Source: the human T2T-CHM13v2.0 reference genome, Homo sapiens. From it: a stretch of DNA of 64,000 bases. Every line of letters begins with the position of its first letter. The first letter of the stretch is position 1. The DNA lies in assembly GCF_009914755.1 (NCBI RefSeq), contig NC_060925.1. The stretch is one strand, 5' to 3'. The notes beneath the pieces were generated by a model. The model saw only the letters and a program-made list of their open reading frames with translations, ran no database searches and was not told the origin of the DNA. The translations under genes were made by a program, and so were the position numbers. Shown here in pieces: positions 31,229-47,236 of this stretch.

Positions 31229-32168
31229 AGAGAAAATTGTGTATTAGAAATACATTAGCATGCAAAAAGCTCATATAAAAATGTACTAAAGTATCTCACT
31301 TTGTCTTTACCTTGAATTAGAACCAAATAAGAGTTTTCAGAAGACTAGACATGGTACATGGATCTTGCAAAGGTTCTCTCTGGTGGTTTCAATCATTTTG
31401 AAATCTGTGGTTGGTAGTTGACCATGGCCTGGGACTTCCTTTATTTCACATCCAGCTATTTTCATAGAACACGATATTCTTTTTGCTGCAACAGTCATAA
31501 TGATTTCAGAGATGCAAATCAGATGCAAAATTTTAAATATCCTTAATTTTTTGAACCAAATTATTGCCATTTGTAGAAAATTATGTGAGTTTTTGTCTCA
31601 GAATCCACATCTGGTAATGTAATTGATGACTCACTCTAGTTTCTTTGTAAAAATTGCAAACAAATCAGGAAATATCCTTCCTTATTTTCATTTCAGATTG
31701 GTATGCATTGTCAGAGTTAAACTTTGTATATTTGTGTATATTTATATACTTGTGACGTTTACAAAATAAGGCAGCCAAAATTAATTCATATGGGCATGTC
31801 CAAACAACCACTCATTGCTTTGACTATTAAATACTTATATATGGTAATAATTACCAAATTTGTTATTTTATATATCTTGAAATTGAATATTTTATGTTTT
31901 TTATGTACTTTAAATATTTTTTCTATTTGTTATTTGGTAAGACACTATACATGTATATCCTCAATAGAAAGTCCTTTTCTCAGTTCTCTAGGCTGTGTTA
32001 GGTAAAACCATGAAAACCTACACATATTTAAACTTTTCTATTGATGGAGTTTTGGGGTTTGTTTATTCCCTTTCCATTAAAATTATATGGTAATTGAAGT
32101 CAAGAGTGCTATGTCTGTTATTTATCTTTAAATATCTAGTGAAATCCTAGCATTAAATAGAAAACACA

Positions 32169-32795
32169 GGGGAGAGTTCAATATGGCTGACTAGAAGCAG
32201 ATAGTGTGGGCCACCCTCATGGAGAGGAAACAAAGTTGCCAATAAGTAGTGACTCTTAAAGTGGATCGTCTGGAGACCATGTTGAGATTCACCGAGGAAT
32301 CAGGGGATCCACAGAGAATAGAAAGGAGCGAAGCTGGCAGCCACCCTTCTGGGAACAGCATTAAGAATCTTTCTCAAATGTGGAAAGGGCGAGTGAGAGT
32401 CCCCAGGGGATCCACACGTCCCCACGTGGGTCTTCAAAAAATCCTGGACATGGGAGATCCCTCCGACAACCCTGGGCCTCTAGACTGACACAGAGAGCCT
32501 CCTGGAGTTTTTGCAGAGGCACTGCTCAGTCCCATGTGGAGCCTCACAGGTCCTGGATCTCTGAGCAGCCCAGCGCCAGCTGCCATATTCTCACTAGAGG
32601 CCTTAGTCATGGTGCCTTATTCCTCGTTGCTAGGCAAGGCTCCGCTCAAGCTTCCAGCACAGGGACCAGCTCTGCCTAATCTCTGAGGGTGGGCACAGCT
32701 CTGTGCTCCCTCGGGAACTACCTGGGTGGAAGACCATGCGATGGCCCCATTTCTGCTGCTCCAAGCCAGTTTGGGCTTCCAGCCTAGCAATTCAC
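32169..32795 (+). mobile_element. L1P/L1PB 5'UTR
   Basis: Starts gggagagttcaatatggctgactagaagcag, a typical older primate L1 5' end. Confidence 0.75.
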
Positions 32796-32867
32796 TGCAT
32801 TAGTCCATATCCGCAATATTATAAAGTAATATCTGAGCCTGAGTCATTTATAAAGAAAAGAGCTTTA

Positions 32868-32876
<9 letters not shown>
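32796..32876 (-). mobile_element. MST/THE1 LTR terminal fragment
   Basis: tgcattagtcc..tataaag..ctgag..gtcatttataaagaaaagag. Confidence 0.75.
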
Positions 32877-33795
<919 letters not shown>

Positions 33796-34137
33796 ATAAT
33801 AATACACTAACATATATTTCTATTACCTATTATATGCTAGGACCATTATAAGTGTTACTTATATTACTCCCATAATGTCCAGCTGTTGGAAGGCTTGCTG
33901 AAGGAACAGGCTTTGTTGAGTTTTTCTGGGTTCTGCTCAGCTAGAGTGATCTTCAGGTGGCAGGTGATGTGTTCCATATTATCACAATTCTCTTTTTGCC
34001 AACTTGCAGAGAAAGCTTATATGCATGTGGGGAGTTGTGTTGGGGGCCTTAAGATCACCCCCAGGTTTGGTGATTCACTGGAAAAAGTCACAGGATGCTG
34101 CATATAGTCATACTCATGGCTAAGATTTATTACGTGA

Positions 34138-34527
<390 letters not shown>

Positions 34528-34847
34528 AGGTGCACGCTTCTAAGAGTCCTCTCCCAGTGCAGTCATAAAGATCATGCTTACATCTTCAAACCCTGAATTG
34601 TGACAACACATGTGAAGGGTTTTCTCTTGGGGAAACTGGTTGTGTAGGCACCCTTGGAAGCATTCCAAGACTTCCAGAAGGAGACATCTAGACTCCCAGA
34701 AAGAAGGCAGTGTGCAACACAAACCACATTGTTCGCACTAACAGTTTATATATGTATATATGGTAGGTGTCATTCTCATAGGTTAGAACTTGGGAACTTT
34801 TCTGAAATCAAAGTACTCAGACATTAGCCAAGGGCTAATCTTGCCGG

Positions 34848-34907
34848 CAAAGGAAGACTTTCTAAATAGGTTTCTCAGAAAGGAAGACTTTCTAAACAGG
34901 TTTCTCA
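34848..34907. repeat. 30-bp tandem duplication
   Basis: aaaggaagactttctaaa[t/c]aggtttctcag x2. Confidence 0.9.
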
Positions 34908-35189
34908 GGCCTTGTTGTGTTAACTCCTCTCACAGGAGTGCTACATATAACACTATGTCAAGAACCCATAAAGTGAATCAAGAATCAAAATCTCAAAATT
35001 GGAAGTAAAAGACACTTTACAGGTTGGCTTTTCAGTTATATCCTGATAATATTATCTAATTTTGTATTTTTTGTAGAATGTGGGTTGCTGTGGTAATTCT
35101 AGATAAGGTAGGCAATTGCAAACTTTTTGCAAAAGGACGCTTTTTCTTGATTACATAAACCTTTGTTTGAAGTGGATTTCGGGTATTAT

Positions 35190-35356
35190 ATCAGCACTTT
35201 CTCTGCTCTATTTTTCTCATAGTACTTATCACATTTGATGTATTCTATTTTTTACTCACTTGTTCATCTGTGTTTTGCAGTGCTGTAATTCACAAGAAAC
35301 TAGACAAGTGCCTGGCCCATAGTGACAATATGTATATATAAATGCTGAATGAATGA
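35190..35356 (+). mobile_element. L2 3' end
   Basis: catagtacttatcac..gtgcctggcccatag..atgctgaatgaatga. Confidence 0.6.
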
Positions 35357-35617
35357 CACCACACAGTACCATGAAGGATTACAGTCCCATGTGATGATTA
35401 ATTTCTGCCTACTTTATGTTATCTTAATGGTATTTAATGAATTTTTAGTTTCTTTGTCAAATTGATATTGAACTAATTTTTGAACACATGCTTTTTATGT
35501 ATTTATTTTTCTATTTACTAGCTCCCCTACCTCCTAAGGCATATCAAGAGCAATGATGACAACTAATTTGTCATACCTAAGCTTCTTGAAGGCAGGAATC
35601 CTTCTATGAATCTCTAA

Positions 35618-35983
<366 letters not shown>

Positions 35984-36379
35984 GGATAAAGTTTCTAAAA
36001 AAATTTCTCTGTGGCCTTTTGGATTACAGTTTTGAAAACCAAGTTCATCAATGTTGGCTGGTATCTTCTCTATTATTATATCCTCAGCTTCAAATAAATT
36101 GTCGGGGACATAGAGGACCCTCAGTGACATTTTCTAAAAAGGTGAATTTGTGAATATTATTAGAAACTTTTGACCTCTCCTTTAGGCCAGTGTGATATAT
36201 CCTTTCTAGCTCTATCCTCAAAGGAGAAAGGCTGTAAATATGATCTATTAAAACTCAAGTTCTGATTGACATAAGTTTCAGCGAATGAGATCACTGTGCC
36301 TGGAAAGTCACAGAACCACACTCTAATACTACTAATACTATTACTACTGCCACCAGTATCACTACTATTAATACCACTG

Positions 36380-36635
36380 CTACTAGCAAATACTTGCATA
36401 GTGCTCACTACATGTTAATCACTGTTCTGGACCTTTTATAAATGTTAACTCCTTTAGTTGTTACAAAGTTAATGTAGGTATAATTTTTAGGTAGGTATAA
36501 GGTAGGTATGCTTTTTATCCCTATTTTGTGGTTGGGGAAACCAAGGAAAAAGTGCCAGTAACTTACTTGTTGAAGGTCACACAATATGTTGCCTAATTGC
36601 CTAATCTGCCTTTAGAATCCACGTGGCTAACCACA
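36380..36635 (-). mobile_element. MIR
   Basis: ctagcaaatacttgcatagtgctcacta..ccctattttgtggttggggaaaccaagg..aaggtcacaca. Confidence 0.65.
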
Positions 36636-38038
36636 TGGGTATCCTGTCTGTTTTCAATCCATGTGTCAGGATTATTAACCCCTCCCATGTTGTCCTTGAG
36701 TCTAGTCAGGCCTGGATGCATCCATAGCAAGGAGGCAGCAAGCTCCCCTTAGACCTATGATGTATTCTCAATGCACATAAGGTTGTCTACTATATCCTCA
36801 GGCATGTCACAGCAGTAAACACAGCGGTCACTTGGTGTTTATAGTGCTACTGTTGTTCCCCCATAGCTTTTTAGAATGCTGAGGGGAGAAGAGGGAACTG
36901 GAAGGAGAGGGAAACATTTCTAGGTCTACTGGCCATATCACCGCATGGAAAGGCATGCTTGCATGCACACACACAGAACTTGATTCCTAATAAATGCTTC
37001 TTCATGTGTGTGTTTGAGACTGTTTCCTACACAACCAGGGTCCCCAAAAGGCTTAATATATTTACAGTCTATTTTCATGCAATGCCGTGACACCTAGATT
37101 AAATTCTAAAATATTTAGACTAAAAAATGGGAAAATCATAACACATAACCCATTTTTGTGTTCCACTTTTACATTTCAGAATAACAAATGGAAATAAATA
37201 TATGAAAGAAAAAATGTTTTTTATCCTTTGTTTCTTATTTTAAAATGTTTCTACCTTTGATAGAGATTTCAGGTTTCTTTCATATTTCTACATTCCCTAA
37301 AAACAATATTTTCATCTGTGACATCTTAATTTGACTCTTACAATAGAAATAGCCATTACCTTTGCAGCTTACCAATTTTCAGTAGTTATGCCTTGAGTGA
37401 CAGAATAACTAACATTATTTATAAAATGAAAAATTCTTATAAAAATATGGTACATTTCGGCAACTGTAAAATACTTGTGACTGTTACTAAACAAGATAAT
37501 GCCTATACTTCTCTCTCCCTTTAAAAATAATATTTTAGAATGAATTGGAAGAGACAAATTTTCTATATGGTGAAAACTCCTCACAACATTAGAGAAAATT
37601 ACCATCCCATCAATGCATGATCATCTTGTCATATTCATAGTCTTGATAGCACTATTTATAGCTGGCAGAGAACAAAACTGCCTAATGTTTTCTCCTTAGA
37701 GTAAAAAATTGTCATTTCAAAATGTAAGAGAGTTGAGAATCTTTGTTTACCTGTGACGCGTATTGATTAATTCTCTCTTATGTCAGCAGAACTCTGGGCC
37801 ACCCAGGAGACCTGTCAGTTACTCGGTCCTCTGAGGGTACTCTATGTCCATGAAGGAAACTGAGAATAACAAGGTCTTCCAGCTTCCCAACCATCCATAC
37901 AGAGAGAGAGCACCAATACTGTCCATAACAGAATCATTTAAATTAGAGTGGGTCAGTTTCAATGGGTACATTTCAATTTAACCTAAAAGCATTGTCAGTG
38001 TGGAAAACCATTTTTATTGGTGCTGATCGTTGTATGCT

Positions 38039-38354
38039 ATTTTCTTTTTCTTTTCTTTTCTTTTTTTTTTTTTGAGACGGAGACTCTCTCTGTCACGCAG
38101 GCTGGAGTGCAATGGAAGGATCTCAGCTTACTGTAACCTCTGCCTCCTGGGTTCAAGCGATTCTCCTGCCTCAGCCTACTGAGTAGCTGGGATTGCAGGC
38201 ACCCGCCACCATGCCTGGCTAATTTTTGTATTTTCAGTAGAGACGGGGTTTCACCATGTTGGCAGGCTCGTCTCAAATTCCTGACCTCAGGTGATCCACC
38301 CGCCTCGGCCTCCCCAAGTGCTGGGATTACAGGCGTGAGCCACTGCACCTGGAC
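38039..38354 (-). mobile_element. AluS
   Basis: Full antisense dimer. Confidence 0.95.
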
Positions 38355-39427
38355 ATATGCTGTGTTGTTGATCTAGCTGAGTAGCACACAGGTGGAAGAC
38401 CTGGTAACCCTCTTCACTATTGCCAAGTTCCCTCACTAATAGCTGCGGCCACAGGAGGAGGAAAGGTTCCTGACTCAAGAAAAAGGTGTAGCCTCCTGAA
38501 TTATGCCCCCTCTTCTCTGTGAGAGCTGTAAATGGCTGCTCTGTGGATCTCGGTAATGGCAGTATTTATGCCATTACACATATGGGCAATAGTGGCTCAA
38601 CAGTGCGGTTCCTGAGCTGGGAGATGAGGCTCAGGGACATTCGGCACTCTGTTCTCTGTTGGTGTGCGGCCGTGTGGCCTGGTGCTCACGGTTTGCTGAT
38701 GGCATCAAATTATAGTTTCTAGTTTCCTTGATGAATATGGGTATGAATTGAATGTATTTTGATTATGATACTGGAAATTAGAATACTTTTGGAATGAGTC
38801 ACCCATCCCTACACCTTCCTTGTTTTATTTAGAATTATGCTCCAATTTTACCACTTGACTGTTTAAATGATTTTTAAACAAAAGAGGATAAAGCTGAACA
38901 CAGTATAGGAAAAAGGTATATGCTTTAGCAACAGACAACCTGGGTTTATTCATGTTAATTTATTCATTAAGCAAATATTTATGGTAATCCTAATGTGTGC
39001 CAACATTATTTTAGGCAAAAATAAAGTTTTGTTCTACTCATGATTACAAAAAATCACTTCATCTTTATGAGCCATAATTCTAACATTAATATGGGATTAT
39101 AATACATACCAGCTAGACATTATGAGATATATATATATATATATATGATACATCTATTGGTCCCAGCATATAATAGGTAACAAAAATGTAAGTTAAAGAG
39201 TATTATTATTTAAATAGTCCTAGCCATGTACTATTGTTATTATTATTTCTAGTGTATTAGTAGTGACATAAAGGGAGAGAAAAGTAAAAATCTTGAATTA
39301 TTTATATTAAAAATGGTATAAATAACTTGTACTTATTTGTCTGATTAAACAAAGCTGGCACAAGTTTAGAAAAACTCATTTAGGCATTATTTAGTATCAC
39401 TTTAGAAGGAGGCTTTTTGTATTTCAA

Positions 39428-39502
39428 CAATCAAAACATCACATTGTACCCCATAAAGATATACAGCTATGATTTGTCAGTTAGAAATAAAAATCAAAAA
39501 AT
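39428..39502 (+). mobile_element. L1MA 3' terminal fragment
   Basis: tcaaaacatcacattgtaccccataaagatataca..aataaaaa. Confidence 0.7.
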
Positions 39503-40382
39503 ATTTTTGACCCTTGTGTGAATAAACTTCTAACCCTATGGAAAGCAATTGGAAGACGATTTTTCTGAGACCTTATTTTTAAGAGTTTGAACACGAAAGG
39601 TAAAGTGTTATAATTTGTTTCTTAGATGGGGGTTGGTTTTCATCCCATCGGGTAGGGGATGTTATATTAAGTATGTTAAAAAGTACTGGGTGTGTTCATA
39701 AACTTTTGCAAAAATCTTGTGTTGGCACTGATATTTAGTTATAACAGTTTGTCAGATATCAGATTATTTCAAGAACTTTCAAAAGTCCTGATTGTGCTGA
39801 TTTCTACATTTGGATTGGAACATAACTGATATTCAGTCAAAGTTCTTCTTTGGGTATTGACAGAATCTGAGTAACTACAGGAAACTGACAGATTAGATTC
39901 CAGACTCAGAGAAATGGTAAAAATTCATAGATTGTTCAAATGCATCCAGTTTTATTAAAATTATAGATCTTCTGCTAGTCACAATAGACACGATCTCAGG
40001 GCCACATTTTATTTATTCTTGTTTAACTCACTGCTTTGAAGTAGGGGAACCAGAGAAAAAAATGGATGTAGCAAATTATTTCCTCAAGATTGAAGAGAGA
40101 GCATGTCTCTTGCTAAGGGAAGTTTTGTGGTTACACAAGAAATTGAGTCTAAACTGAGCTGTTGTTGTAGCAGGAAAATAAATCATGTGAATTCAGTAGA
40201 AATACGGTGGCAAGTGTGGGTGAGCCGCCAGGGCCAGGGGTAAGGGCGTTGTAGTGGAGCAAGAGAGGTGACTTAGATTGGTGCCAGGGCTGAAGGTTTC
40301 TCATGTAGCAGTTTTCAAATGTTCCTAGAGGGCATGCTTATGGGCAAGCTGAACTCATTTAATGGGCAACTCTGAAGGATTA

Positions 40383-40864
40383 TGTTCGAAATAAGGCTTG
40401 GAGTCACAAAGAAAACAAACACTTAAACAAAGGATTTCTCAGCAAGGCAAACTTACTTCTCTAGAAGGGTGTTACTTGCAAGCTTGGTCGCCACGAGAAC
40501 ACACGGAACAAAGGAGGGAAGGGGTTTTTTATTCCTAACTCAGCTTGTCTCTACCACTGCATCCTGCATCCACTGGCTGGAGTTGGACTGCACAATCTAA
40601 GCTGAACTCAACTGGCTAACTTGAAAGGTGCAGGAATGTAGTTACACTGGCGGGAAGGGCAGTTTTGGTGGGAGAGGTAATTTACAGAGTGGGTAGCAGA
40701 TGTGGGCTCTGTAGATAAGGATTGGCAGGAAAGTTGTTTACTGTGAAACCAAGACAGGAGGCACAAAGGATAAGGAAGTTAGTTTGGCCTTGCAAGTAGG
40801 GAACAAAGAACAAGGACACTGAACAAGCTAAACCTTTGAAGAGGAAATTCTTTTGTATTTGACA
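40383..40864 (-). mobile_element. Solo ERV1 LTR (LTR10/MER61-like)
   Basis: TG...CA termini flanked by 5-bp TSD gatta; aaacaaaggatttctcagcaaggcaaa; minus-strand start tgtcaaatac..tttcctcttcaaagg. Confidence 0.75.
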
Positions 40865-40887
40865 GATTACAAGTTAAAACTTTTTCT

Positions 40888-41203
<316 letters not shown>

Positions 41204-41475
41204 TTAGGAAGTCCTTCAAAATCAAGTACCAGGTCGCCTTAAGACATCATTCAGAACTTGACAATTTATGCCTGCAGGTTTGGTATCCTTGGGGTTCTTA
41301 CAGGTCTACCCTCTCTGCTTCTGGAGATCTCCACTTCCTCTTGGTTGCATTGGATTCTCATTGAAAATCCTATTCCATTCTGTTGTTTTTCCCAGACTCA
41401 TTTCAGTGGCAATGTAAATTTGGGAGAACGAAATTATCATCTCACATCTGCCACCAACTGCTGTTAGCTGTAGAA

Positions 41476-42031
41476 TGTCATACGCGTCCATGTGAAGAGA
41501 CCACCAAACAGGATTTGTGTGAGCAATAAAGCTTTTTAATCACCTGGGTGCAGGTAGGCTGAATCCAAAAAGAGAGTCAGCGAAGAGTGGTGGGATTAGC
41601 ATTAGTTCTTATAGGTTTGGGATAGGTAGTGGAGTTAGGAGCAATTTTTTGTGGGCAGGGGGTGGATCTTACAAAGCACATTCTCAAGGTGGGGGGAATA
41701 TTACAAAGTACCTTTATAAGGGCAGGGGAGGATATTACAAAGTACCTTCTCAAGGGCAGAGCGGGGGTGTATCATACAAAGTACATTCACAGGAGCAGGG
41801 GAATATCACAAAGTACATTATTGCAAGGGTGGGGAGGGTGTATTGTCACAAAGTCAATTGATCAGTTAGGGTGGAGCAGGAATAAATCACAATGGTGGAA
41901 TGTCATCAGTTAAGGCAGGAACTGGCTATTTTCACTTCTTTTGTGGATCTTCGGTTGCTTCAGGTCATCTGGATGTATACGTGCAGGTCACAGGGGATAT
42001 GATGGCTTAGGTTGGGCTCAGAGGCCTGACA
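41476..42031 (-). mobile_element. Solo HERV-H LTR (LTR7B/C, type II repeats), 556 bp
   Basis: Minus strand TGTCAGGCCTCTGAGCCCAA..CCATCATATCCCCTGTGACCTGCACGTATACATCCAGATG ... CTCTTCACATGGACGCGTATGACA; TATA (CCTATAAG) and ATTAAA signal present; exact 5-bp TSD tagaa. Confidence 0.93.
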
Positions 42032-42503
42032 TAGAAAAGTCACTTGATCTGGGCATGAATGGCCTCAACATTGGGAAAGGTTGCACTGGATAATCTCTTG
42101 GATATTTTTAAACAGCAGAGGGAAAAAAAACATATCTTAATGCTGCATTCTTATTGTATATCCGAAGTATTGATCCATAAAAAGTAATTTAGGTGCTGAT
42201 TGCTTTTCCTTATTCCATTTGTAATTATGAAGAGGATTCTGAGAAGTTGGGTACTACTGTTGCAAGTTTCCACTTTATGCCAATCAGCTATAAGGTACCA
42301 GATAATTATACAGTATTATTTAAAACCAGGGAATGGATTCAGATTTTGTGAAAACTGAAGTGGACAAAAATTTGATAATACAAAATGACAAACACTAAAT
42401 TATGAATAAAGTTAAAAATTTATGTAAAATGAGAAAAGAAATAACAATATATCACCAGTACTAAATTGATGGCAATTATCAAAACATCAAAAAATCCAAA
42501 ATA

Positions 42504-42826
<323 letters not shown>

Positions 42827-43087
42827 CTAAAGCACCATTTTCCTACATTTTTCTTCCATGCTTAAGCTGCACACATTTGACTGCTTCTTTATATGATAAC
42901 AATTTTTTAATATTAGTTGAAATAAAGGAATTTATTTTAAAAGAGAGAATAGAGTGATTCTTTTTGGATGACAGATTTTCTTTTAAAAATTACTGATAAT
43001 TTGGGTAATATTTAGCTTTACAGCTCATTATTGGCAATCATTGTAATTTTTAGAACTGTTTTAAAATTTGGTAACAAATGTTTTCTA

Positions 43088-43382
<295 letters not shown>

Positions 43383-43479
43383 TGTTTTCTATTTGTTTTT
43401 ATACAGCATAATCTTAAACTGTATGATTACAGGATTTCAAAATTCTTTCCTCCCAATCCTTGCCCCATTGTCACACACT

Positions 43480-44960
43480 TCACTTTTACACATGCTGTTA
43501 GCAAATAATCTCTTTTTGATCTTCTTGATTTAAACAGTCAATTATCTTTTAGAACAATTACAATTTTAAAAAGACATCATTATACTTTTATTCACTCCTT
43601 TGGTGACATTCTTCATTTCTTTTTGTAGATCCAAGTTTCTGACCTAGATCATCTTCCACCTATTTAAAGAACTTCTTTTAACTTTTCATAAGAGTAGGTC
43701 TCCCGGCATTGAATTATCTGTTTTTGTCTTTGAAAAAGCCTATTTCTGGCCGGGCGTGGTGGGTCATGCCTGGAATCCCAGCATTTTGGGAGGCTAAGCC
43801 CAGACGATTGCTTGAGACCAGAAGTTCAAGACTCCTGGGTGGCATAACAAGATGCTCATCTCTACAAAAAATAGAAAATTAGCCAGGCACAGTGGTGAGC
43901 GCCTGTAGTACTAGCTAGTTGGGAGGCTGAGGATGGAGGATCAATTGAACCAATAGTTTGAGGCTGCAATGAATTATGATTGTGCCACTGCACTCCAGCC
44001 TGGGTGACAGAGCAAGACTCTAATTTTTAAAAAGTCTATTTCTGCTCCTTATTTGAAGAATATTTTCAATGGGTATGTCATTCTAGGTTAACATTTTATT
44101 TTTCTTTCATCAGTTTAAAGTATCTTGCCCTCTTACTTGTATGATATCTGATGAACAAGTCTGCTATAATTTTTATCCTTGATCTGTAGGTTATACATTT
44201 TCCCCCTCAGATTGCTTTAAATATTTTTTTCTTTGTATTTGATTTTCAGCAATTTAAATATGATATGCTAAGGTGAGACTTTGTTGAGGGCATTTATCCT
44301 GTGTGGTGTTTTCTGTACTACTTGAATCTTTGGTTTTGTGTCTATCACCAATTTTGAAGAATATTCAGTCATAATTTCTTCAAGTATTTATCCTTCCCTA
44401 TTCTCTTTTTATTTCCTTCTGGGATTCCAATTACATGTATGTTAGACCCTTTGATGTTTATTTACAGCTTTTGGATGCTCTGGTTCTCTTTCCCTGCAAT
44501 TTCTTTTCCTCACTTCATTTCAGTTTGGTAAGTTATATTAACTTGTCTTTAAGCGCTGCGATTTATTGGTTTTCTTGAATCATCTGATGAGCATGTGGAA
44601 GTCATTATTCATCTCTATTACTGTTTTTTTTTTATTTCTAGCATTTCAATTTGATTTGTTTCTTATAGTTTTCATCTCATTGATAAAATTATTTAGCTGA
44701 ACTTGTATGTTGCTTACTTTTTCCATTAGTACGTTTAACATATTAATCATAGATTTTTTTTAAGTCTCTAATAGTTCCAACACATGTGATATCTGAGTCT
44801 GGAGTTTTGTCTCTTTAGATTGTGCTCTTTTTTTCTTGTCTTTATGTGTGCTTCATAGTTTTTTATTGTAAGAGACATGCTGTATAGGACAATAGATACT
44901 GAGGCAAATATTTTTTATGCTTAAAGGTGAAAAAGTTTTTTTTTTCTGCTAGGTCTTTAA
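43480..44960 (-). mobile_element. Old L1ME fragment (ORF1 region), split by AluJ
   Basis: tgtagatccaagtttctgacc, ttctgggattccaattacatgtatgttagacc. Confidence 0.7.
43748..44030 (+). mobile_element. AluJ
   Basis: gattgcttgag, gaggctgcaatga; TSD aaaagcctatttct / aaaagtctatttct. Confidence 0.9.
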
Positions 44961-45149
44961 TATGGGACAAGTGGTTATTTGTAAAACAAGTAAACATAAC
45001 TATTTTATGTTCTGTGAAATCTTAATTTTCTTCTAAGTTTATACTACTTTTGTATTGGAATATAAGAGACAGGATTCCTAAGAGTATAAAAAGTATTCTT
45101 TTTAAGTATAAATTTAAAAGTATAAAAAGTATTTTTTTAAAAAAGAATG

Positions 45150-45423
45150 TGTGTTTGACCATGGGCTGAGGCTGGAACAGGACACAGTTATTGCTTAAAA
45201 GAGTACAGAGTTTCCTTTTGGAATGATGAAAAAGATCGCTTCTTGGCCTTTTGGCTAGGACCAAGTGTGGAGTGATAAAAAACTTCTGGAAATGGATACT
45301 GGCAATGGTTGCACAACCTGTAAATGTACTTAATGTCACTAAATTGTACATTTAAAGTAGTTAAAAGGGCAAATGTTATGTTATGTTTATTTTACCACAA
45401 TAAAAATATTTTTAAAATAAAAA
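45150..45423 (+). mobile_element. L1MB 3'UTR end
   Basis: gtacagagtttccttttg..ttctggaaatggata..atggttgcacaac..aatgtacttaatgtcact..ttttaccacaataaaaa. Confidence 0.85.
45235..45268 (+). pseudogene. U2 snRNA 5' fragment (nt 1-34), 3'-truncated retrocopy
   Basis: atcgcttcttggccttttggctaggaccaagtgt versus recalled U2 ATCGCTTCTCGGCCTTTTGGCTAAGATCAAGTGT (31/34); degenerate TSD ggaatgatgaaaaag / ggagtgataaaaaac. Confidence 0.9.
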
Positions 45424-46295
45424 GTGTGTTCAAGAAGCATCAATTTTGTGCCTCTTGTATTATGCACTTAGATTCTTCGTAGATATTATTTTTATCATGA
45501 TTTTAAAAAGTACAAGCAGTACTTTATTAAGTATAGGAGAACGAAGTCATTACTCATAATACCAGGCCTTAGCAACTGATCACAACACTTTTAGTGAAGT
45601 AAAACTGAGGTTGTTGGTTATTTTGTAGATGTTCTATTAACTTTACAAACACTTAACTTCATATTCCATCTGTTTTAGATTTCTGCTTAGGAGTGTTCTG
45701 ATTCTTACAATTGTCTTATTTCTTCTGTTGGTATTTTAAGCATCTGTTTTTTTAAATTATTTGGCATGATTCTTTTTTTTAATTTCCATGATTTTGACCA
45801 TCATGGTATTTAGTCTCTACTATGCTATAAGAATTTTGGAAAATTTGAAGGTTTGGACAATTTTCTTTATTTTACATTTTTGGCTTCCACAACAATACTT
45901 TCTTCCTATAATGTTTGACTATTTGGATTGATTAGTAACTCTGGAAAAATATAAACATAATCTGAAAATAAACATATCCAAGAGTGATATAAATATTTTT
46001 CAAAATTGCTGTTCTTTTGTATTGAACTATGTAGTTATACAAATTGTTCTTATGCTATGTACATTGACCCTTTAGTTTGTGTTGATTGGTAGATAGAGGG
46101 GGATAGATAGGAGGATAGAGGAGGATAGGTATAGAGACATGTTTTTCAGACTGTTTTGCTGCATTGATTTAATGTTGCATGCCATTTCGTCTGAACCCTC
46201 AAGACTTTTTCAGGTCAAGATGTCAGATACTCTAAGATGGGGTTTAATATGTTGCTGTGCATAAAAATTGTAAGTTCCTCCATAGATACACTTTC

Positions 46296-46596
<301 letters not shown>

Positions 46597-47236
46597 CATA
46601 GATATACTTTCTAATTGTAATATTGTGAAGCGGTTTGTGTCCTGTAAGGACAGACATTTTGTTTGAGTCTATTTTTCATTATTCTAGTCTGAAAAATATA
46701 TGGTACACTTATGGTCATATATGTTATATCCCCAATTTATTCTTGTTTTAATAATTTTTCACAGGCCACATGCATTTCAAATCTTGTTTCTCCTCCATCA
46801 GCACATACTACAGGTGACAAGTATTATGAAGCATTAGGAAGCAGGAGTAGTCTTATACTGGATCAAGTAGCAATAACATAAGATTGCACAAAAATGACTT
46901 TAAGCCACAAATATATATCCACTAAACCCAAATTAAATGTATCCTCAACTCAACTTCCCCTTCGCTGGACTCCAGACTATTCTAAGCCATTCCAACATCA
47001 TTAGTCATAGGAGGAAATATGCTGAAGGCAAGATGATCAGAGTGGAGAGAGTGGTCTTCACTAATTATAGTTAAAACTTATTACTTTTGTAACTTTTGGA
47101 AAAATATAGTCCATGTGACTATATAGAGTTCTCTCACAATTTTTTCAAGGGACTGTGCAAGTGAGATCCTCTGAATCTTAAACTTCATTTGACCAGGGTA
47201 AGTTTGCTTTTCTTAAAAATACTCATTAGAGTAGTT

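Noticed and set aside
41671-41853. Regularly spaced repeats resembling a CRISPR-like array
   Set aside because: The units are mutually similar tandem repeats within the HERV-H LTR U3 with no unique spacers, in a eukaryotic context.
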